The notes under the pieces: generated by a model
What the model was told of the DNA's origin: nothing
Databases searched by the model: none
What the model saw: only the letters and a program-made list of their open reading frames with translations
Made by a program: the position numbers and the translations under genes
Shown here: piece by piece, positions 1 through 11,529 of the stretch
How positions within the stretch are numbered: position 1 is the first letter of the stretch
Layout of the letters: each line of letters starts with the position of its first letter
Source of the DNA: Octopus vulgaris
Lineage: Eukaryota
Assembly: GCA_951406725.2 (NCBI GenBank)
Contig: OX597814.1
Coordinates: 104,284,001-104,348,000, forward strand
DNA length: 64,000 nucleotides
Reading direction: 5' to 3'

Positions 1-563
1 TTTCCGCCTTTAACAACTTGCTTGCTACAACCACATAGTTGTGTGCCTGTACCCAGAATATACACACAGATTTTCGTGTGTCTAAGAACGGCCGTTTTCA
101 TTTTGTATCTTCACATGTCACCACCACCTGAGCAAAATAAAACAGTGATGACATGATTTTCCTTGTAGACAACACATCCTGTTGTTCTACACTTTCAAAA
201 ACACAGGTAAAAACAAAACAAGTGTTGGTGACAGGAAGGGTGCCCTGCTACAAGATTCTGCTTCAAGTCTTTGTCCAACTCACTCTGGCAGGGGGAAAAA
301 AATAAACAAAATAGAAAAGAATCAACGATGCTCCCCTTCACCACAGCCTTCCTCACTTTTGTTCTTCATGGCAGAAGAAAGTTGATTTTACCCGATTATC
401 TGCAAGGAATCACTTCCCAAACCTGCCTAATCACTAAGCTACATACAAAGTGGTTACTCGTGTTGTAAACTAACAATCTCATTAATTAATGTCCCATACG
501 AAGTTATTAATTAATTAGTATGTCCCACTTTTCACACATATTAAAAGAATTATCAACTGAGAA

Positions 564-1320
564 ACATCATCATCATCATCGTTTAACGTCCGCTTTCCAT
601 GCTAGCATGGGTTGGACGTTAAACAAGAAATAATAAATGAAAACAATTGGCAAATATTAATTAGTTCCATTAATTGAATGAAACTTACTTTTGTGTGTTA
701 CTGGATTCTTTTTGGCTTCTTTCTTTATCTTTCGTCTGTGTTCTTTAGCCTTAAAAAAAAACAAATAACAAAAACTAATCACAAGAAATTTACACAAAAG
801 ATACATTTTAATATATATATTATCCTCATTGTTGCCGTTTAACATCCGCTTTCCCTGCTGGCATGGGTTGGACGGTTTGACTTAGGGCTGGCAAGCCAGA
901 AGGCTGTACCAAGCTCCAGTCTGATCTGGTGAAGTCTCTACAACTGGATACCCTTCCTAACACCAACCACTCCAAGAGTGTAGTGGGTGCTAGTTACAAT
1001 GGTCAGCTAAACACTCTATCAGAAGCTGACTGGATAATGATAATCTATGTAGAGCTTTGACTCATTCAGGAGTTGTCATACATCTAACTGCACACATCAT
1101 CATTGTTTAACATCTGCTTTCCATGCTGGCATGGGTTGGACGGTTTGACTGAGGGCTGCACCAGGCTCCAATCTGATCTGGCAAGGTTTCTACAGCTGGA
1201 TGCCTTTCCTAATGCCAACCACTCTGAGAGTGTAGTGGGTACTTTTTACTTGTCACTGGCACAAGGGCCAGTCAGGCAACACTGGCATCGACCATGCTCA
1301 AATGGTGCTTTTCACACAAA
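564..1320 (-). mobile_element. Three partial copies of a SINE-like repeat (about 564-620, 835-990, 1095-1320) in GNL3 introns
   Basis: Shared gtttaacatccgctttccatgctggcatgggttggacgg, next to (CAT)n in two of the copies. Confidence 0.7.
689..749 (-). CDS. GNL3: GNL3-family coding exon 3 (AKEHRRKIKKEAKKNPVTHK); gene continues beyond the window start
   Basis: Poly-T tract plus aag acceptor and gtaag donor. In frame with exon 2 and matches human VREHHRKLRKEAKK. GNL3 and GNL3L cannot be told apart from this fragment. Confidence 0.88.
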
Positions 1321-2891
1321 AGCAAAAAGTTGCACAATGTTAATTATTAAATTAGCAATCTGTACAGGTCTCTCTCCTCTGTTTACGAACAGAGTGTTAT
1401 ACGAGGAGGGTGGAGAACATCCTGGGTTGTTACTGCTCTTAACAATGACTTTCACAAAAGCTTAGTTTCCATTCTTTGATCCATAAAAGAAATATTGTAT
1501 AAAGAATGGAATAAATACAATTTTGTTAGAATTATTGTCAAAGATTTAAGAACTATGAAGAATTATTTTTGTTAAATACACAGCAAAGCCACTACTCTTG
1601 TATAAACCAGGGATTCTGTGGTTGACCTACTAGAAATAGCAGTTGAATCTCCTTTAAATTACACTTACAGTCTTAAAACAGTAATCTACACTAGATAATG
1701 TAGTCCTTAACGAACAAAAAGACAGAATGGTCAAAGTATGAATGCCTCTGACTGTGGCTCCATTCAATCAAAGCTGACCTGAGTTGAAGCTACAAATTCT
1801 CTGGTCTCACTTCAAATAACTCAATGTTGGTCATTTTCACTTTTGACTGACCACAATTTTTAATTGAAGGGACTCATTTTTCATAATGGCCACCCCTTAC
1901 AAACCAAAATCACCATGGAATTAATGACAACATGACCTCTTAAATTCTACTTGTTTCAACCATTAGACTGTGGCCAAGCTGGGGCACTATCTTGAAGGGT
2001 TTTTAGTTGAATGAATCGATCCCATCATCATCAGTACTTTTCTTTAAAGTCTGGTACTTATTCTATTAGTCTCTTTTACTGAACTGCTAAGATACATGGA
2101 TGTAAACACACCAGCACCAGTTGTCAAGGTGATGGTGGGGGACAAACACACACATATTTATTCCGACTTCATGACAACAATCTAACATAAATGTGTCCCA
2201 ACCCTAACTTTCTTAAAAATGTGTATTTTTTTTTAACGAAAATTTTTGCAGAGATACATTTTAGATGGTGCTTGTGATTACATGGAGCTAAAATTAAATT
2301 CATTTTTGAAATCACTCATCATCAAATATTGTTAAAAGCCAGCTTTTTAAATGAAATTTTCAAGAATGTACTTTATGACTGTCTCGATAGAATTAGCAAA
2401 ACCTTTTGTCATAAACTACACCATCAAGAAAGGCATTTAGGAATTTCTGGAAAAGAGAGCTATGAGGAAACAAAGTCAATAGTTAAGAACACACATGTCT
2501 GTCAATAACTGAACCATTTTAAGAATTCATGTAAAACAAATGAGTGTTTTGGCACTGTTTATCTCAGTTAAAGTTGATAATCAAAATGAAGTTTTGTTTT
2601 TGCGACAACAGAAGTCAAAAGTCTACAAAACAGACATGATCTGACTTTACAAATATCTTAAATTCTTGTTTTGATTCACTTCAATACTATGTATCTAAAA
2701 AATCAGGGATACCAGCTGTACTTCGCGGTTAACTGCTTATTTACATTTGATAGATATTTGCCCTCATCTTGTTTGTTGTTAACACAACATTTTGGCTGAT
2801 ATACGCTCCAGCCTTCATCATATGTCTTGGGGAATTTCAAACCTGGGCTCTCATTCCTAAGGTATTGTTCCATGTTATTATTATTATTATT

Positions 2892-2964
2892 CAGGTCACT
2901 GCCTGGAATCAAACTTGGAATCTTGGGGTTAGTAGCCTGCACTCTTAACCACTATGCCATATGC
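2892..2964 (-). other. tRNA-like / Pol III promoter cassette inside the PLE 3' region
   Basis: TGGCATAGTGGTTAAG (A box) and GTTTGATTCC (B-box-like) at tRNA spacing. Stems are imperfect, so it is not a functional tRNA. Confidence 0.65.
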
Positions 2965-3752
2965 CTGTGGACAATTATGGAGTGAATTTTAGGGCTTATA
3001 AATCTAATATTTTTCTATCCTTCCTTAATACCGGTTCCCATATGCTATTCATATCTGCACTTGGTCTGCTTAGGAGGTTGTTGTGTCCTAGCATATGTGC
3101 TGCTTCTTTTAGTTTTCGTATTTTCCAATGGTATACTCTGTCTATTATTTTAACTTCATCCCACAAGGGGAGGTGGTCTCCATTTTTCTCATGTCACAGC
3201 TTTGCAATGTTCCTCTACTGTTATTTTGAGGGGGCGGCATCTTTTGCCTTTGTATGACCTACGACAGCTGCATGGGATGGAGTACACGCAGTCTTTGGTC
3301 ATATTCTCTTCTATTGGTGGTTTTACTCGAAGGAGATATTTGCGAAGTGTTGTATTACTCTTGAATACTGTCCTGATGTCATATGGACCGCATATCTTTT
3401 GTATCTTTTTGGAGAGGCCTTTCACATAGGGTAGACAGACTGTGGACAGTTTATCGGTTTCATCTTCTCTTTACTTCACAATTGGAGTGGAGAGTATGCT
3501 TTCGGGGTAGTTGTTGCTTAACAGATTGTTGCTGAGCTTGATCATTTCCTTGTGGTGGGTATCACGATCACTACTTATATTCTTTGCACGATGTTTTAGG
3601 CACTGAGCAATCCCTCTCTTTATACTGTATGGATGGTGGGAACTGAAGTTGAGGTATTGTCCAGCTTGCGGTATACGGATGTCCTGAATCCAAGCTTGAT
3701 GCGTGTTATTAATATGTGCAGGAATGAGAACCCAGGTTCGAAATTTCCCCAA

Positions 3753-3798
3753 GACACCTGATGAAGGCTGGAGGGTATATCAGCCGAAACGTTGTGTT
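3753..3798 (+). ncRNA. Minimal type I hammerhead ribozyme in a PLE pseudo-LTR
   Basis: GACAC-CUGAUGA-A-GGCUG(loop)CAGCC-GAAA-CG-UU-GUGUU: intact core, 5-bp stem I, 5-bp stem II and a palindromic loopless stem III (AACGUU). Confidence 0.85.
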
Positions 3799-4624
3799 AA
3801 CAACAAACAAGATGAGGACAAATATCCGTCAAATGTAAATAATTCCTCATCTCTTAAATACAGAACTGTTTATATCAAGCAAGTGAAGAAACCCTAAAAG
3901 AAAGCCACTAGAAATAGCAGCTATTTCTCCCTCAAACCATACCCTACCGCTTAAAAATATATACTCCATCGTACACTATTTTATTCCTTGATAAATAAAT
4001 AAAAAAAACGGGATGGCCATGGCTTGGATTCTTTTGATCATGAGGTCTTCTGCATCAATGCTGACTTAAAGCTAAACAATATCATCGTTATGTAAACAAA
4101 CTAACATTGTCTGTTGGATGGGGGCAGACCGAGGGCTAAACAGCATCAACAAAAGTGGTGTTACTTTAAGTGAAGTTGTTATTATGATTTAGTCGCAGGT
4201 CAAGAGAGTAGGCTTCTAAAATAGAGGAGATTTGGTTGCTATTTCTAGCAAGTCAAACAACTGTAGAAGGGTTTCCTATTTGTATCATGCTGATGTGAGA
4301 TTTCTGATCAGATACATTCCAGCCATGACCATCTCATATTTCCAAAAATATTTGGCGGAGTGCGAGTTAAGGAAGCTTTGGCTGCTATTTCTAGTAGGTC
4401 GAATGATAGTGGCTCCCCAAACAATATTATATTTCCAGTATCGTAAAAACTGAGATTCTGCCAAATATATTTGAATAATAAAAAATAAACAAGTCACGTT
4501 TAAAACAGAAAAAAAAGTTATAAATTTTTCAACGATTATTTCTCCAAATTATTATTTTTTATAATTAAAAGCGACAAGAATTATTGAAAACACGTGGATG
4601 AGAGAGAAGAGCAACGGTTCCTAC

Positions 4625-4677
4625 CTTTTTAGTGATTTTATAGCGAAGTCTCGCTTTCATCCGCTTACTTTGCTTTT
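4625..4677 (-). CDS. GNL3: GNL3-family coding exon 2 (KKQSKRMKARLRYKITKK)
   Basis: Exon of 53 nt bounded by ag and gtagg, phase 1 to 0. The peptide matches the basic N-terminal GNL3/Grn1 motif (human: KKASKRMTCHKRYKIQKK). Confidence 0.88.
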
Positions 4678-4770
4678 CTGAAACACAAAATATTTACAAT
4701 TAATTAATGTCACAAAATATTTCGTAGAATATAAAGAAAATTAATCAATAGAAAGTGACAAAATACTGAC

Positions 4771-4789
4771 TCGCAAAATTGCTCGGCAT
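4771..4789 (-). CDS. GNL3: Nucleostemin/GNL3-family nucleolar GTPase, coding exon 1 (MPSNFA + 1 nt)
   Basis: Minus strand reads aacgATGCCGAGCAATTTTGCGA|gtcagt (A at -3, GT donor). It splices in frame to the next exon across a 93-nt intron ending ttttgtgtttcag. Confidence 0.75.
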
Positions 4790-4990
4790 CGTTATAGGTG
4801 TCTAAGTTGTAAAGGAGACGGTGTCGGGGGAAATTAGTTCCGGAATTAAATAAAGTCTGGATACAGAGTTATCTTTCTTGTTTCAACTTTAAACTATTGT
4901 GCAACAAGTTGAGATCGAAATTAATATAAAAAGAATAATGTGTGAACACAGAATTATTAATCCTTTTTTTTTAAATTTCAGGTTCATCTA
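4790..4990 (-). promoter_or_regulatory. Probable 5' UTR / core promoter of the GNL3-family gene
   Basis: Unique sequence immediately upstream of the ATG, with an ETS-like TTCCGGAA near 4838. The transcription start itself is not visible. Confidence 0.4.
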
Positions 4991-5006
4991 TAATAATAAT
5001 AATAAT

Positions 5007-5283
5007 GGTACTACATGAGAACAGTGGTCCCAGTGCGCGCACTCGCGTACTCACGCATCCGCACTTGCTAGTTATGACTTGTCGATCCTTTGTGTCTTTG
5101 TGTTTTATTTACTTTGTTTAACAAAAATTATTTAGTTTGTGTAAAAAAATTATTTAGGATCTTTATTTTGTGTTTATTTACTTTGCTAGGTAGTCGTTTT
5201 AGGATCGACTAGTCCCGACTAGCTAGCGCGGATGCGCGACTACGCGAGTGCGCGCACCGGGACCACTGTTCTCAAGTAGTACC
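5007..5283. mobile_element. MITE with about 80-bp CpG-rich TIRs inserted in (AAT)n
   Basis: GGTACTACATGAGAACAGTGGTCCC...GGGACCACTGTTCTCAAGTAGTACC, with (AAT)n on both sides. Confidence 0.85.
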
Positions 5284-5301
5284 AATAATAATAATAATAA
5301 T

Positions 5302-6067
5302 GGATCTTTTCCTTTTGAACGGCAGTTTGTAACATAATTTCTAGGTAACTAAAAAGTTTTAAACTTCGTATACTGGTAGAATGTGTTTATAAAACATCAT
5401 TTTCTCTTGGTTAAAGTGTTTAGTTAACTAGAAATTGTCTGCCGTTCAAAAGGAAAAAATCCAAATTTAGGGTTAGGGTTAGGGTTAGGGGGAGGTTTAG
5501 GGTTAGTTACAGGATGTTGTCTCAGTTTTAGACGCAGCAAATGATTTTAGTTCAATGGGGGTAATCGATTGGTTAAAATTACCGAAATGCTCGGATTTTC
5601 AGACGAAATATCTTACAAACTATAGAATTTTCTCAATAAAACCAAGAAAAAAATGATGTTTTATAAACACATTCTACCAGTATACGAAGTTTAAAACTTT
5701 TTAGTTACCTAGAAATTATGTTACAAACTGCCGTTCAAAAGGAAAAGATCCATAGATTGAAATGCAATAGATCGATACTAGAGTTATAATTATGGGTGAC
5801 AATTTCATACGACACCGCTACGGAAAATGGGATTTTTTTAGCGGTGTCAAATGAAAATATCACCCATAATTATAACCCTAGTATCGATCTATTGCATTTC
5901 AATCTATTTTAGGGTTAGGGTTAGAGTTATGGTTAGGGGTAGGGTTAGGGTGGGGGAAGGGTATCTTTTTTTTCTTTGCAAATGTAAATAAACCCAATCT
6001 GTTTCTTAAACGAGGGACAGTTAACTAGAAATTGTGTTGAAAACTGCCGTTCAAAAGGAAAAGATCC
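5302..6067. mobile_element. Nested non-autonomous TIR elements with internal TTAGGG tracts
   Basis: About 110-bp TIRs at 5302-5412 and 5640-5751 (GGATCTTTTCCTTTTGAACGGCAG), flanked by AT on both sides. Extra right-end copies finish at 5462 and 6067. (TTAGGG)n lies at about 5467-5505 and 5908-5950, and a hairpin at 5752-5907. Confidence 0.8.
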
Positions 6068-6691
6068 GAAAGGTGAGTAGATTCATTCCATATTTCTTTC
6101 ATTATGTTATCGCAGTTTTGTGAGATTTGGCTGTTATTTCTAGCATATTCCCTCTGTTCATTCGCACACAAGTCGTTCGTTTTCACTTTCAGGCAGCGAG
6201 ATGCAGTGACGACGGGTGTATGAATCACTTTGAGAGTTTCCTCATAGAAAATTTGAAATGAATTATATTTTTTTCCTCCATATTCTTAATATCCATATTT
6301 TCCCACGCCGATTGGAAAAGAAAAAATCAAGAAAAAGTTAAAATTTAAAAACTTGGGGTGGGGATGGGGAATTTCAAATTTTGTGAAAAAGATGGCGGTT
6401 AATGCTTGCAACTTGACCCAGAATATGAAAAAAATTATGAAAAAAATATGAAAAAAAATGCGCGCAAAGCAATGGGAGGGTGGGGCTAGGACTTCGGAAA
6501 ATTCACAAGATCCGAGTTTTTCCCTCATAACTTTTAGGAAAATGGGTTTTTTTTTCAATGAAATTCTTGAAGAAATACCTTTCAAACAGCATACGTTATG
6601 ATAATTAAGTAATTTATGGGGAAAATCTTGCAAAAATTTAACGTGTCTGTAGATATACATATGTGTGTGTGTGTGTGTGTGTATATGTATG

Positions 6692-6735
<44 letters not shown>

Positions 6736-6736
<1 letters not shown>

Positions 6737-6943
6737 GGAGTCGCAATGGCCCAGTGGTTAGGGCAGCGGACTCACGGTTGTAGGATCGTCGTTTCGATTT
6801 CCAGACCGGGCGTTATGAGTGTTTATTGAGCGAAAACACCTAAAGCTCCACGAGGCTCCGGCAGGGAGTGCTGACGATCCCTGCTGTACTCTTTCGCCAC
6901 AACTTTCTCTCACTCTTTCTTCTGTTGGCCTGCTCGCTTAGCC
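6736..6943 (+). mobile_element. tRNA-derived SINE, family C (truncated)
   Basis: A box TGGCCCAGTGG and B box GTTTCGATTTCC. Same head as the copies at 60891 and 62910. Confidence 0.85.
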
Positions 6944-7308
6944 AGACAAACGGATTAAGTCGATTACATCGACCCCAGTGCGTAACTTGTAGTTATTTAA
7001 TCGACCCCGAAAGGATGAAAGGCAAAGACGACCTCTGCGGAATTTGAACTCAGAACGTAGCTGCAGACGAAATACCTATTTCTTTAATACCCACAAGGGG
7101 CTAAACATAGAGGGGACAAACAAGGACAGACAAACCGATTAAGTCGATTATGTCGACTCCAGTGCGTAACTGGTACTTATTTAATCGACCCCGAAAGGAT
7201 GAAAGGCAAAGTCGACCTCGGCGGAATTTGAACCCAGAACGTAATGACAGACGAAATACTGCTAAGCTTTTCGCCCGGCGTGCTAACGTTTCTGCCAGCT
7301 CGCCGCCG
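6943..7308 (-). mobile_element. tRNA-derived SINE, family B, dimeric body
   Basis: Head GGCGAGCTGGCAGAAACGTTAGC and B box GTTCAAATTCC, with the body repeated in tandem. Confidence 0.85.
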
Positions 7309-8400
7309 TTCAATTGGATTCTGGAAGCTATGATTGCCAGTTTAGTTTATGCACATTGTGCTTTGTGTTAGGCATTTATGGATTTATTTTATTCTCCAGG
7401 AATTCGCCAGAACTTTTATCAGATTTAAAATAATTTCTGTGTCACGTCTGGGTGAGTACAAAAAAGACTCTTAAGTTATGTTTATGTTATATTATAATAC
7501 CCTACATTTGTAGCAGGTTGTGTAGTAATTTTTCTAGCTATCTTCTGTTAAGATAAATGTTAAAATTTGTATAAATAGCTAAAGGGTGTATGAATTCAAT
7601 TTTTCAGGTGTATGAATTCAATTTTTCGTACACCGGTACGAAAAAAATCGATCTCTTTTTTTTTTTTTTTCAGCGGATTCCTATGTTTTCAGTGACGGAG
7701 ATTTTGAATATGCCAAAAGCCATTTTGGTTAATGCTTATAACTTAAAACGGAAACGAAAATCAGAAAAAAATAGTGCAATAGGTGTAAAATGAATGTGTA
7801 GGAAACGAATATGAAAAAAAAAGTGCGCACAAAGCAACGGGAGTGGGGTGAACACCTCGGAAAATTCACAAGATCCGAGTTTTTCCCTTATAACTTTTAG
7901 GCAAATGGGTTTTTTTTTTTCAATGAAATTTTATAGAAATACCTTTCAAGCGGCATACATTACGATTATAAAGAATTTTGAGGGGAAAATCTTTTCCAGG
8001 GAGTGGGGAGAAGACTTCGGAAAATTTACAAGATCAGAGTTCTTCCCTTGTAACTGTTACAAAAATAGGGTTTTTTTTTCCATTGAAATTTTGTTTAAAT
8101 ACCTTTCAAACGGCATACATTACGATTATAAAGAAATTCGAGGGATAAATCTTGAGGTGGAGAGAGGACTTTCGGAAAATTCCCAAGATCCGAATTTTCC
8201 CTCGTTACATTCCAAAATCACATTCAACTTTCTACAGATACCCTAGAGTACTACTACTACTACACTACGAAGAGTTTTCTTCTACCCACTTTCAATAATT
8301 TTTAATGTTTTGGCTTCAATTTTGTTTCATTTTATCTTTATATTTTTACACTTTTTTTAAACCCTTCCATCGTTATCTCCATTCACTCGTTATTACTTTA

Positions 8401-8835
8401 TCTCTCTATATATATAAAGCTGAAGTTGTCTGTGTATGGCAGGTTTGGTAGCCTTCAACTAACACTATCTCCTCCGAGACCCTGCGGCGCAAGATGACCA
8501 AAATTGAGAGTATGATAGAAGGCTTGCTCTTCCTACCGTAGAAGAAAAAATTCAAATCGGACCATGTTAACACCAAAAATTATTTACATCAAAAAGGTAC
8601 TTTTTTTCTATGAAAATCCCTATTTTTTACGATTTTTTGACTTGCTGTGTCGCCATTTTTCGGTGTATTTAAACCAGAAAAATGTTTATTTAAAGAGAAT
8701 AACAAGCTACATAATGCTAAATTTTTACTTTTCAGAAAAGATTGAAACTATGTCAAAACTTTGTTAACACAAATCTGGCGTTTTAAGCGCAACTAAAAAA
8801 AAAAAAACCCGAGCAACGCCGGGCTATTCTGCTAG
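8401..8835 (+). mobile_element. Non-autonomous Helitron
   Basis: A|TC 5' end followed by TATATATAA, subterminal GC hairpin CCCGAGCAACGCCGGG, CTAG|T 3' end and no TSD. Confidence 0.85.
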
Positions 8836-9054
8836 TCTTGTAAAAATGTGACTGCTGTTTCCTCCATCAAGATGACAAGTGTGTCAAAATCTTTCGGCAC
8901 ATTTCAATGTAAGGCAAACGGGAGGTGATAAGTAGTTTTAAGGGAGATAACCCTGGCTGTACCGCTTGATGCCGTGGTAGACTGCATACTTATACTAGCA
9001 CCCAAATTTTATTCTCTTTCGTTGAATATTTGGATTAGATAATAACAGGGGTAT

Positions 9055-9310
9055 GAAGGCGTGTAGCCTAGTGGTTAGGCTGTTGCACTCACGATCGCTT
9101 GATCATGGGTTCGATTTCCGGATCGGGTATTTTATTTCACGCTGTTCTTGTCAACTCTGCTGGGTAAATGGGTAACAATGTGGCGAAAGGGCCTTTTGGT
9201 CAGGTGTAATGTTGACCTACTTACCCGTCATTCGAAAGCTAAAACAATGTCTAGTGCACCCTGACCAGCGATGTATAAAAACATCTGAGAGTCTGTCAAC
9301 ACCGTGATAA
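9055..9310 (+). mobile_element. Degenerate tRNA-SINE related to family C
   Basis: TAGCCTAGTGGTTAGG and GGTTCGATTTCC boxes. The tail resembles that of the 60891 copy. Confidence 0.6.
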
Positions 9311-9926
9311 CAGGTGTAGATGAACCACGGGGTAGGTATAATAGGGGGTGGATGTAGTAGGATTTAGCTGTAAGAGGGCGTAGGTGTAACAGGATTTAGC
9401 TATACAGGGAGTTGGTGTAACAAAATTTAATTGTAACTAGGGGTAAGTGTAACAGGTTTTAGCTGTGGTGTAACGGATACTATTTTTACAGTCAACCTCG
9501 ATGCTCCGTTTTTTTTCGGTCAACTCAAAAATTTTACTGTTCCGAAAGTGATTTCATACACGTATACATGTAGTAATTTTATTATTACAACTTTTTATAA
9601 ATGTTATAAGAAAATGTTAACCCATTCTACAAAGATTTACATGAAATTGTTTCATAAATATTACTTCTGGAAATCTCTACTAAGTTGTCTCCCTTGTTTT
9701 AAGATCGCGGCTCAAAATTGGTTTCTTTCACGTACGTTTGATAAAATTACAGCTAATTAAATACAAGATCTTGTGGCGTAGCGAATAGGGGAACGACTGC
9801 TCCTCGCGGACACATTCTTCAAAACTGGTTCCTTTTTCAAATCTTTAGTTACCTATATCAATAGTTGGAAGTTTCATTTCATTATAACTCATTTATTTCG
9901 TATATTATAAGAGAAATGAGTTTAAA

Positions 9927-10186
9927 ATGTATGTATGTATGTATGTATGTATGTATGTATGTATGTATGTATGTATGTATGTATGTATGTACGTACGTAC
10001 GTATGTATATGCATGTGTGTGTATTTGTGTGTGTGTGCATGTGTGTATCTATGCGTTGTATGAGTGTGTATATGTATGTATGAGTGTGTGTATATGTATG
10101 TATGAATGTGTGTATATGTATGTATATACACACCAGACCTGCTTGTGTGTGTGTGTGTGTGTGTGTATGTTTGTGTATGTATGCAT

Positions 10187-10228
<42 letters not shown>

Positions 10229-10260
10229 TTGTGTATGTATGCATGAGTGTGTGTGTGTGA
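9927..10260. repeat. Compound (ATGT)n/(GT)n microsatellite
   Basis: Seen directly. Representative of many similar arrays (e.g. 12485-12625, 13187-13330, 20375-20620, 37200-37500, 37917-38290, 38685-38980, 41935-42420). Confidence 0.95.
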
Positions 10261-10672
10261 ATGTGAATTTCATAGCCATAAATTTATTAAACGTCGATTC
10301 ATTTCTCCAATTAGCTGGAAATAAATATGCGTTAAATTAAAGCAAAAGTTGCTGAGTATTCCACAGTCACGGTCACGTGCCATAATTATGAGACCGAATC
10401 AACGCAATGCAACATATGAGGAAGTGCGAAGCCAGACCTGTTAATTATGGTTATTATTCATTCGACTCCTGTTTCAATGATAAAGCATAGTAAAATAAAA
10501 AGGTAAGACACACACACACATACATACATACACACACACGCAGACACACACACATACACACACTTCCCAAACGTCACGCTGAACAGTAGACTTACCAATT
10601 CAGCCAAGCCTACATCCGGTTAAATTATAAGTCATTCCAGGTGTAGAATCCTACCCTTAATGCAGAGATATA

Positions 10673-11250
10673 TTTATTTCTTTATTGCCCAGAGGGGCCC
10701 AAACAAAGACAGGTTAAGTCGATTACATCGATCCCAGTGCGTAGCTGGTACTTATTTAATCGACCCCCGAAAGCATGAAAGCAAAGTCTACCTCGGTGGA
10801 ATTTGAACTCAGAACGTAAAGACAGACGAAATACTTATTTCTTTACTACCCACAAGGGGCTAAACACAGAGGGGACAAACGAGGACAGACAAACGGATTA
10901 AGTCGATTATATCGACCTCAGTGCGTAACTGGTACTTATTTAATCGACCCCGAAAGGATGAAAGGCAAAGTCGACCTCGGCGGAATTTGAACTCAGAACA
11001 TAAAGACAGACGAAGTACCTATTTCGTTACTACCCACAAGGGGCTAAACACAGAGGGGACAAACGAGGACAGACAAACGGATTAAGTCGATTATATCGAC
11101 CTCAGTGCGTAACTGGTATTTATTTAATCGACCCCGAAAGGATGAAAAGCAAAGTCGACCTCAGCGGAATTTGAACTCAGAACGTAACGGCAGACGAAAT
11201 GCCTTTAAGCATTTCGCCCGCGTGCTAACGTTTCTGCCAGCTCACTGCCT
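10673..11250 (-). mobile_element. SINE family B, one head plus three tandem bodies (184-bp period)
   Basis: Equivalent positions at 10821, 11005 and 11189. Single A-box head at about 11210-11250. Confidence 0.9.
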
Positions 11251-11529
11251 ATAATGCGGAATTATATTGACTAAAAAGAGAATGTTTCTCTTTCGACGAT
11301 GTTTTCATATACCTAATGTAAAGAAGTACGATCGGAAACGAAAGGCATTTTAACCAGAGAAATATTGTTCTTGTTTCAATTGTATTTTATAAGACAAATG
11401 AGAGAGTGAAATTTAGACTAGGGATCGGCAGTATCGACCTCTAAGGGCCTATGGGGCTATCCAAAAGATCGATGAATACTTGAAATGATTTTGAGCATTA
11501 GCAGTACACACGTGTGTGTGTGTGTGTGT

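Larger units (their letters stand above)
2735..3845 (-). mobile_element. 5'-truncated Penelope/Poseidon-like PLE with an inverted pseudo-LTR pair
   Basis: Minus strand encodes the RT thumb (YLNFSSHHPYSIKRGIAQCL...NNYP) and a GIY-YIG domain (CVYSIPCSC...EEH; C-terminal WDEVKIID...RKLKEAAH), with decay. Segments 2735-2860 and 3720-3845 are inverted copies. Confidence 0.9.
6290..8260. repeat. Element(s) with internal about 155-bp subrepeats, interrupted by SINEs
   Basis: ttcggaaaattcacaagatccgag...aaatacctttcaaacggcatac recurs at about 6490, 7857 and 8016, and partially at 8170. Confidence 0.55.

Noticed and set aside
750-4624. Intronic C/D snoRNA (vertebrate GNL3 hosts snoRNAs)
   Set aside because: No convincing box C / box D pair with a terminal stem on the minus strand by eye. 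snoscan or Infernal would be needed.
5467-5950. True telomere or chromosome-fusion site
   Set aside because: Tracts are only a few units long, in the same orientation and inside TIR elements.
10673-11250. CRISPR-like or satellite array
   Set aside because: Contiguous SINE bodies without unique spacers, in a eukaryotic context.
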